A stretch of DNA of 62,307 nucleotides, the filler included. It is 4 parts of 4 records of this genome, joined end to end, with 100 filler letters (N's around TTAATTAATTAA, not from the genome) between each part and the next. Parts side by side here need not be neighbours in the genome. Positions count along the whole stretch, not along the records: positions 55,806 to 62,307 come from DRR723986_4983; 3 more parts are not named here. One strand, 5' to 3'. Below are positions 56,164 to 62,307 of the stretch, piece after piece; the stretch's first letter is position 1, and the number at the start of each line of letters is the position of its first letter. The notes below the pieces were generated by a model that ran no database searches, was not told where the DNA came from, and was given only the letters and a program-made list of their open reading frames with translations. A program made the translations under genes and the position numbers.

Positions 56164-56856
56164 ATGAACATCATCTGGCTCGGGCACGGCAGTTTCCGCA
56201 TCGAGATCGCAGGGCAGGTTCTGCTGGTTGACCCATGGTTCACCGGCAATCCGGTCTTTCCCGAGGACCGCAAGGGCGACGCAATTGCCGGGGCCACCCA
56301 TATTCTGCTGACCCATTGCCATTTCGACCACGTGGTCGATGTGCTGGACCTTGCCAGGGATCTGGGCGTGCCGGTCGTAGGGCAGTATGACCTGATGGGG
56401 TACTGGGCCGAGTCCGAGGGGATCGAGACCGTGGGCTTCAACAAGGGCGGCACGGTTGCCTTGGGCGATGTGGCGGTGACGATGGTGAACGCGGTGCATT
56501 CCTCCAGCTTCGGCACTGCGGACGGCCCCAAATGGGGCGGCACCGAATGCGGCTTCATGATCGCGGGAGAAGGGCGAACCATCTATTTCTCCGGCGATAC
56601 CGATGTGATGGCGGATATGGGGGTATTCGCGGATCTGCACGCGCCCGACATCGGCATCCTGGCGGCTGGCGGGCATTTCACCATGGACATGAAGCGCGCA
56701 GGTTATGCGGCGAAACGGTTCTTCGACTTCAAGACGGTGATCCCCTGCCACTACCGGACCTTCCCGATCCTGGAACAATCCGCCGAGGTTCTGGCCGCAG
56801 CCCTGCCCGGTGTCGACGTGATCGAGCCGGAAGTGATGCAGGCAATCGCGCTGTAA
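56164..56856 (+). CDS. Metal-dependent hydrolase (UPF0173, MBL fold)
   Basis: WLGH.SF, LTHCHFDH, AVHSS, SGDT and IPCHY.TF. Confidence 0.93.
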   Translation: MNIIWLGHGSFRIEIAGQVLLVDPWFTGNPVFPEDRKGDAIAGATHILLTHCHFDHVVDVLDLARDLGVPVVGQYDLMGYWAESEGIETVGFNKGGTVALGDVAVTMVNAVHSSSFGTADGPKWGGTECGFMIAGEGRTIYFSGDTDVMADMGVFADLHAPDIGILAAGGHFTMDMKRAGYAAKRFFDFKTVIPCHYRTFPILEQSAEVLAAALPGVDVIEPEVMQAIAL

Positions 56857-56869
56857 CCTCGCGCGGGGA

Positions 56870-56964
56870 AAGGCGCGTCGACGCGCCTTGCTTCAAGCGC
56901 CGTCGACGGCGCTTTTCTCGCGCCCTGTCAACAGGGCGCAAAGCAAGGCCGGTCGACCGGCCTT
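56870..56964. repeat. Array of four 20-bp palindromes with a 25-bp period
   Basis: AAGGCGCGTCGACGCGCCTT, AAGCGCCGTCGACGGCGCTT, GCGCCCTGTCAACAGGGCGC and AAGGCCGGTCGACCGGCCTT start at 56870, 56895, 56920 and 56945. Confidence 0.95.
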
Positions 56965-57415
56965 ACCTCCGCCCCGCAAAGAACGTCTTGAGAATATCCG
57001 ACGCCTCGCGCTCCGCTATGCCGCCATAAACCTCGGGCTTGTGGTGGGCCTGCGGGTGGTCGAACACCCGCGGCCCCTGCGCCACGCCACCGGATTTCGG
57101 GTCCGCCGCGCCATAGTAAAGCCTTGCAATGCGGGCCGCAGAAATGGCCCCGGCACAGGCGGGACATGGCTCCAGCGTGACATAGAGATCGCAGCCGGTC
57201 AGCCGTTCGGACCCGAGCGCCGCACAGGCCGCGCGAATGGCCAGCATCTCGGCATGGGCCGTAGGATCGCGCAGTTCGCGCATCCGGTTGCGGGTTTGCG
57301 CCAGAACCGTGCCATCGGGGCCAACAATAACCGCCCCCACGGGCACCTCGCCCGCCTCTGCGGCAGCGCGCGCCTCTTCCAGTGCAGTCTGCATATGGCT
57401 GATGAAACCGGTCAT
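56963..57415 (-). CDS. tadA: tRNA adenosine(34) deaminase
   Basis: GEVPVGAV, DPTAHAE, LYVTLEPC..C and YGA.DPK.G. Confidence 0.92.
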   Translation of the reverse strand: MTGFISHMQTALEEARAAAEAGEVPVGAVIVGPDGTVLAQTRNRMRELRDPTAHAEMLAIRAACAALGSERLTGCDLYVTLEPCPACAGAISAARIARLYYGAADPKSGGVAQGPRVFDHPQAHHKPEVYGGIAEREASDILKTFFAGRR

Positions 57416-57467
57416 CCCCTTCCCTTTGCCGCTTTCCAAGCCGCTGTCAAACCGCTAGTCCAAAGCC

Positions 57468-58304
57468 ATGAACACCAACACCCCAGAGGGCGACCGCATC
57501 GCCAAGGTCCTGTCCCGCGCCGGCATCGCCAGCCGGCGAGAGGCCGAGCGCATGATCGAAGCGGGTCGTGTCACCGTCAATGGCAAGAAAATCGACAGCC
57601 CGGCGCTGAACGTGACGCCTGCCGACAAGATCACCGTTGACGGCAAGGAGGTGGGTGAACCCGACCGGCCGCGCCTGTGGCTCTATCACAAGCCGCAGGG
57701 TCTGGTGACGACAACCAGCGACGAAAAGGGCCGTGAGACGGTGTTCGACAAGCTGCCCGAGGGAATGCCACGGGTGATGAGCGTCGGACGGCTCGACCTG
57801 AATTCCGAAGGCCTGCTGCTGCTGACCAACGATGGCGGCGTCAAGCGCAAGCTGGAACTGCCCTCGACCGGCTGGCTGCGCAAGTATCGCGTGCGCGTCA
57901 AAGGCACGCCCAAGGACGAGGACCTGACCCCGCTGCGCAAGGGGGTTACCATAGAGGGCGAACGCTTTCAGCCGATGGACGTGACGCTCGACCGCCAGCA
58001 GGGCGCCAATGCCTGGCTGACCGTGGGCCTGCGTGAAGGCAAGAACCGCGAGATCCGACGCGCCATGACCGAGGTGGGCCTTGATGTGAACCGGCTGATC
58101 CGCGTGAGCTATGGCCCCTTCCGGCTGAACGAGCTGAAGCCCGGCGAGGTCGAGGAAATCAAGCCCAAGGTGCTGCGCGACCAATTGGGGATCGCCCTGC
58201 CCGAAGGCCATGCCGAGGCCAAGGCGAAACCCACGCGACCCGGCGCGAAGAAAATCCGCAAAGCGCCGCCGCGCAAGCCCGATCAGGGGCCACGCCGAAA
58301 GTAG
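57468..58304 (+). CDS. rluB: rRNA pseudouridine synthase (RsuA/RluB family)
   Basis: S4 domain RIAK.L...G.ASRR, VGRLD..SEGLLLLTNDG and EGKNREIRR. Confidence 0.9.
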   Translation: MNTNTPEGDRIAKVLSRAGIASRREAERMIEAGRVTVNGKKIDSPALNVTPADKITVDGKEVGEPDRPRLWLYHKPQGLVTTTSDEKGRETVFDKLPEGMPRVMSVGRLDLNSEGLLLLTNDGGVKRKLELPSTGWLRKYRVRVKGTPKDEDLTPLRKGVTIEGERFQPMDVTLDRQQGANAWLTVGLREGKNREIRRAMTEVGLDVNRLIRVSYGPFRLNELKPGEVEEIKPKVLRDQLGIALPEGHAEAKAKPTRPGAKKIRKAPPRKPDQGPRRK

Positions 58305-58322
58305 CACGAAGGGATCTGAGCG

Positions 58323-59174
58323 ATGCTTTGCAAGATCGGAGAGGTCGAAGTTTGGCGGATCCTGGAAATCCAAGCGCCATTCATGCGGCCCGAGGATCTG
58401 TTCCCCAATGCCGGGCCGGATGTGGGCACCCTCATCGAGACCCTCGTCCCCGGCGGAATCTGCCAGCACAGCGGCCGGTTGATCCTGCCGATTCAGGGGT
58501 TCCTGCTGAAAACGCCCGACAGCGTGATTCTGGTCGACAGCTGTGTCGGCAATGACAAGACGCATGAGGCCCTTCCCGACTGGCACCAGCGATCCGACAC
58601 GCGGTTCGAGGCTGCGTTACAGGCGGCGGGTGTGGGGTTCGAGGATGTGGATTATGTGCTCTGCACCCATCTGCACAGCGACCATGTGGGCTGGAACACG
58701 CGGCTGATGGATGGCCGGTGGGTGCCCACATTCCCAAGGGCGCGCTACCTGATGCCCTCTGAGGATGAGGCCATGCAGCGGGCGCGGGCGGGTGACATGT
58801 ACCTTGAAAGCGTGCTGCCGGTGATCGAGGCCGGTCAGGCGGAGATGGTGCAGGCCGGGCATATGTTGGGGGATTGCGTGACGCTGATCCCGACGCCGGG
58901 GCACACGCCGGGCCATGTGTCTATCAGGGTAGCAAGCGGCGGGGCCGAGGCCATCATCACAGGTGACGCGCTGCATTCCACCGCCCAATGCGCCCATCCA
59001 GACTGGCATTTCCGTTTCGACAGCGACGCCACGCAGGCCGTGGCATCTCGTCGTTTTCTGCTGGAAACCGCGTCCGAAGCCGCCTGCCTGGTGCTCGGCA
59101 GCCATTTCTCGCTGCCTTCTGTCGGGCGGGTGACGACAGACGGTCAGGCGTTCAGCTGGACCGCCCTCAGCTAG
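58323..59174 (+). CDS. MBL fold metallo-hydrolase
   Basis: THLHSDHVGWN, PGHTPGH, TGD..H and GSHF. Confidence 0.93.
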   Translation: MLCKIGEVEVWRILEIQAPFMRPEDLFPNAGPDVGTLIETLVPGGICQHSGRLILPIQGFLLKTPDSVILVDSCVGNDKTHEALPDWHQRSDTRFEAALQAAGVGFEDVDYVLCTHLHSDHVGWNTRLMDGRWVPTFPRARYLMPSEDEAMQRARAGDMYLESVLPVIEAGQAEMVQAGHMLGDCVTLIPTPGHTPGHVSIRVASGGAEAIITGDALHSTAQCAHPDWHFRFDSDATQAVASRRFLLETASEAACLVLGSHFSLPSVGRVTTDGQAFSWTALS

Positions 59175-59180
59175 CCCAGA

Positions 59181-59597
59181 CTATCGCACCACATGGACCG
59201 ATATCGGGGCATAGGTGGCGACATAGCCTGCATTCGAGGTCAGGAAATGATCCTTGAAACCGGGGATGTGGCTGGCCATGACGATCAGGTCGCACTCGGC
59301 GTTTTCGGCGGCCTTGATGATTTCGCGGCCCACATGCAGATGCAGGTCACCCCGCAGGGCGATATGGTCGTCGGTCTGGATGCCATGGGCCTTGGCCTGC
59401 GCCTCTGCAAAGGCATCGAGCTGTTGCTGCGCCTCGAAACCTTCGCGCCGCTTCGATGCGGTCGGCACCGGGTCGATCACGCCCACATAGGTGACCGTCG
59501 CCCCATGGTCCCTGGCGGTTTTCGCAGCAATGGCCAGCGCCTTGTCGAGCTTTTCGATATGATCCAGATCGACCGGTACAAGAATGCGGGACGTCAT
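59181..59597 (-). CDS. Universal stress protein
   Basis: ILVPVDL, DLIVMASH and SNA..VA..AP.SV.VVR. Confidence 0.93.
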   Translation of the reverse strand: MTSRILVPVDLDHIEKLDKALAIAAKTARDHGATVTYVGVIDPVPTASKRREGFEAQQQLDAFAEAQAKAHGIQTDDHIALRGDLHLHVGREIIKAAENAECDLIVMASHIPGFKDHFLTSNAGYVATYAPISVHVVR

Positions 59598-59639
59598 GGT
59601 GGAGCCTCCTCTTTCCTGCCGCCAGTCTAGCAGCCGTGG

Positions 59640-59672
59640 AAAAGAAGGCCCCTGATCTGGGTCAAAGGGGCT
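59640..59672 (-). terminator. Probable terminator downstream of yciB
   Basis: Minus strand GCCCCT...AGGGGC followed by CTTCTTTT. Confidence 0.5.
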
Positions 59673-60274
59673 TAGCCCTCGTCCTTCTCGATCATGTGGC
59701 GTTCAAAAAGCTTGGCCTGGAACATGAACACGACGAAGAGGAAACCGGGCAGGAAGAAGGTTTCAAACGTCACCCAGAACTCGGTGGTTTGGGTGCGCCA
59801 GACGATTTCATTGGCCACAGCCATGAGGGCGAAAGCCGCGACCAGTCGTTTGGTCAGGATCATCCAGCCCTCTTTCTCCATGGGCATCATTTCCCCCATG
59901 ACGAATTGCAGCCAGCTTTCACCGCGTAGCAGGCCGATGCCCAGAACCACCGCGAAGAATGTGTAGACAATCGAGGTCTTCATCTTGAAGAACGCCTCGT
60001 TGTCGAACCACACCGTCAATCCGCCGAAGACCACGACCAGCACGGCGGTGAAGATCTGCATCCGCGACAGTTTTCCCGTCAACCACCAAAGCGCCGCGAT
60101 GGAGGCCAAGAGCAGCGGGATGAACCCCGCCGTCGCAATGATGAAGCCGGAATAGTCATGGCCCGCGATGGTAAAGGTTTCGTCCTTCACCCACAGATAG
60201 GCGATGAAGAACAGGATTGGCGGCCCAAGCTCCAGCGCGCTTTTCACATAGGGGTTGATCTTAACTTCATCCAT
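59672..60274 (-). CDS. yciB: Inner membrane protein YciB / intracellular septation protein A
   Basis: LELGP...FF, VVVFGGLT..F....F.KMK and ANE.VWR....WV.F. Confidence 0.93.
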   Translation of the reverse strand: MDEVKINPYVKSALELGPPILFFIAYLWVKDETFTIAGHDYSGFIIATAGFIPLLLASIAALWWLTGKLSRMQIFTAVLVVVFGGLTVWFDNEAFFKMKTSIVYTFFAVVLGIGLLRGESWLQFVMGEMMPMEKEGWMILTKRLVAAFALMAVANEIVWRTQTTEFWVTFETFFLPGFLFVVFMFQAKLFERHMIEKDEG

Positions 60275-60289
60275 GAACCGCGCCTCGAA

Positions 60290-61192
60290 TTATCCGCCCA
60301 TCTCAACTATCACCGCACCGGCTGCGATCAACCCCATAAGCGCCAGCCGGCGCGGTCCCACACGTTCCCCCAGCATCAACCAGCCAATCAGCGCGGCAAA
60401 AACGGTCGAGGTTTCGCGCAAGACAGCCGCCTGCCCGACCTGATCGAGCCGTGTTGCCAAAAGGATCGAGCCAAAACTGGCCATCGCCACCAGCCCGCCG
60501 ATCAGACCACGCAGCGCGAGCGGTCCAAACGCGGGCGGATCGGGCATCCGCCGATAGGCGTAATACGCGACCAGAGGCATGGTCATGCCATCGAGAAAGA
60601 AAAACCACGCCAGGAAGGTAAACGGATCATTCGCGGCGCGGATGCCGTAGGCGTCGTAGGTGGTGTAGGCCGCCACAAAGAGGCCCGTCAGCACCGCCAG
60701 CCACAGCGCCGGCACCAGCGTTTCTCGGTCCACCGTGATGGTGCGCAGGTTGTAGAAGGCCAGCCCGTAGATGCCCGACAGCAGGGTCATAACGCCAAGC
60801 CACTGGGTCAGGGTGAAATGCTCGCCAAAGAAAATCGTGGCCCCGATCACGGTGAACAGCGGTCCGGTGCCGCGCATGACGGGGTAGACGACCGTGTAGG
60901 CGCCGCGCTGATAGCTGGCCACCTGCGCCGCCTTGTAGCCTACATGGATCAGCAGCATGACCCCGAAAATGGGCCACATATGCGGCGCGGGCCAGGGCAC
61001 GACGAACAGCGCGAAGGGCGCGGCCATCAGCCCGTAGCCCGCGTCGATCACGCCGCGCGATAAAAGCGGCGAATGCCGCCCCTTCTGTAGCGCGCCGAAG
61101 ACCGCGTGCAGGATCGCCGCCAGCAGGGCCAGAAAGGTCGCGAGTGTCGCCCCCTCCGGTGTGCCCGCCAGCGAAACGATCCAATCGCTCAT
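60290..61192 (-). CDS. EamA/DMT family transporter
   Basis: VYPVMRGTGP, YT..DA.G.R, LRETS.VFA and GE..G.RR. Confidence 0.92.
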   Translation of the reverse strand: MSDWIVSLAGTPEGATLATFLALLAAILHAVFGALQKGRHSPLLSRGVIDAGYGLMAAPFALFVVPWPAPHMWPIFGVMLLIHVGYKAAQVASYQRGAYTVVYPVMRGTGPLFTVIGATIFFGEHFTLTQWLGVMTLLSGIYGLAFYNLRTITVDRETLVPALWLAVLTGLFVAAYTTYDAYGIRAANDPFTFLAWFFFLDGMTMPLVAYYAYRRMPDPPAFGPLALRGLIGGLVAMASFGSILLATRLDQVGQAAVLRETSTVFAALIGWLMLGERVGPRRLALMGLIAAGAVIVEMGG

Positions 61193-62085
61193 TCCTCACC
61201 ATATCTGTAGTAGCTGACTTGCACCTCTGCCCCGGCCAAAGCGGCCAGAGGGTCGGACGCGGGCAAGCGCCCAAGCAATCCGGCATCCTCGCTCAATTGG
61301 CTGATCGGCAAGCCATCGTCGGCTTGCAGGTCGAAAATGACCCGGCCCGCCGGGTTGGGCATATCCTGCACCAGCATCGTCAGCGCGGCCCGCGTGGTGC
61401 GGTGGAACAGCGGTTCTGGCAATGCCTCAATGGCGGTGATGGCATCTGCCTGAAGCCGGGCAACCTCCAGCTCGGGCTCGTCAGACGATCCAATCAGCAG
61501 GTTGGCCAGCGGCATCAGCGCATAGGTTTCGAACAACCCGCGTGTCAGCACCTCCAACCGGATGGCGCGGATCACCGCCTGATCGGGGGCGCGCGGGTCC
61601 ACGCCGGTCAGGTAGAGGGTGGCGTCGATGGCATTTTCGCCCGGGAAATCCACATGCAGGCGGTCAAGCATGAGCTCACCGTCCGCATGGGTGGCCAGCA
61701 GATCGACCGAGATCCCTTCTCCCGCGCGCGCCTGTGCTTCCAGCACATAGTCGAAATTGGGCATCCCCGTTGCGGCCAGCACGTACACACCGCGCGCCGA
61801 CAGCTCGGCCCGATCAAGCAGCGCGCCGCTGATCAACAGCGCCTCCAGCCCCTCCAATTGCCAGCGGAGTTCATCCACGAGGATACGCAGGCGGCCTGTC
61901 GTGATCTCCAGGTCGCGGGCAACGCAGGCTTCACCCTCCAGTTGAGGAGTGGCCAAGCTTGGGGGCAATCCAAGCGGCGTGCTGATCATGCCCCAACTGA
62001 CGGCACAGCTGGACTCTGTCATTTGGGCATGGGCAGAGGCCGACAGGGCAAGCCCGGTCAGCGCGGCAAGGATGGTGTGTTTCAT
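61189..62085 (-). CDS. Hypothetical exported protein
   Basis: Signal peptide MKHTILAALTGLALSASAHA and ATGA overlap with the EamA gene. No recognised family. Alternative starts at 62106 and 62154. Confidence 0.75.
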   Translation of the reverse strand: MKHTILAALTGLALSASAHAQMTESSCAVSWGMISTPLGLPPSLATPQLEGEACVARDLEITTGRLRILVDELRWQLEGLEALLISGALLDRAELSARGVYVLAATGMPNFDYVLEAQARAGEGISVDLLATHADGELMLDRLHVDFPGENAIDATLYLTGVDPRAPDQAVIRAIRLEVLTRGLFETYALMPLANLLIGSSDEPELEVARLQADAITAIEALPEPLFHRTTRAALTMLVQDMPNPAGRVIFDLQADDGLPISQLSEDAGLLGRLPASDPLAALAGAEVQVSYYRYGEE

Positions 62086-62150
62086 GGTAAAGGCGGACTC
62101 CCTCATAGGTTTTCTCAACCTTTGTGGGTCGCCTCGGGGCACCTCTCGGT

Positions 62151-62307
62151 TCACTCGGCCCCCGTCAGCGCCTTGGCGAACTCCTCGGGGTCGAACGGGG
62201 CCAGATCGTCGATCTGCTCCCCCACCCCGATGGCATGGATCGGCAGGCCGAACTTGTCGGCCAGTGCCACGAGGACGCCGCCCTTGGCGGTGCCGTCCAG
62301 CTTGGTC
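62151..62307 (-). CDS. ftsY: Signal recognition particle receptor FtsY, 3' end only
   Basis: Manual translation TKLDGTAKGGVLVALADKFGLPIHAIGVGEQIDDLAPFDPEEFAKALTGAE*. Confidence 0.95.
   Translation of the reverse strand, partial: TKLDGTAKGGVLVALADKFGLPIHAIGVGEQIDDLAPFDPEEFAKALTGAE

Noticed and set aside
56870-56964. CRISPR array interpretation of the palindrome array
   Set aside because: The units are not identical, the spacers are only 5 nt and there are no cas genes.
57447-58586. 379-aa minus-strand ORF
   Set aside because: Antisense shadow of rluB in GC-rich DNA.

Overview
The window is four unrelated contigs joined by artificial 100-nt linkers (N44-TTAATTAATTAA-N44 at 27368-27467, 45774-45873 and 55706-55805). 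Taxonomic calls below are inferences from protein similarity and base composition. Contig 1 (1-27367, Marinobacter-like gammaproteobacterium) is a patchwork accessory region for efflux and electrophile/aldehyde detoxification. It carries TetR plus an RND adaptor, an old yellow enzyme, a MexEF-OprN-like pump, yqhD/yqhC, two LysR-linked modules each with a luciferase-like oxidoreductase and dehydrogenases, dkgB, several gene relics, and a DUF2946 (CxxC/RAPP) leader ORF in front of a PepSY-TM gene. Contig 2 (27468-45773, probably a flagellated FCB-group bacterium) carries vWA, OsmC-hydrolase, TPR, ECF sigma/anti-sigma, bioY, trhO, a fused 2-oxoacid dehydrogenase E1 and a flagellar operon (FlhB-C-like, flgFGAHIJ). 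Contig 3 (45874-55705, Roseobacter group) carries an amidohydrolase-COG0523 pair, an ArsR regulator, an enolase-superfamily enzyme, an MFS and the pcaDCHG..B cluster. Contig 4 (55806-62307, Rhodobacteraceae) is housekeeping (gatC, tadA, rluB, yciB, ftsY). The strongest signals are: (1) a RAPP arrest-peptide leader whose last codons base-pair with the start codon of the downstream PepSY gene; (2) four 20-bp GTCRAC-centred palindromes phased exactly 25 bp apart at 56870-56964; (3) a shared 41-bp MexT-like box upstream of both the OYE gene and the RND operon; (4) a FlgJ fused to an SLT domain. No rRNA, tRNA, CRISPR array or intact transposase was seen.
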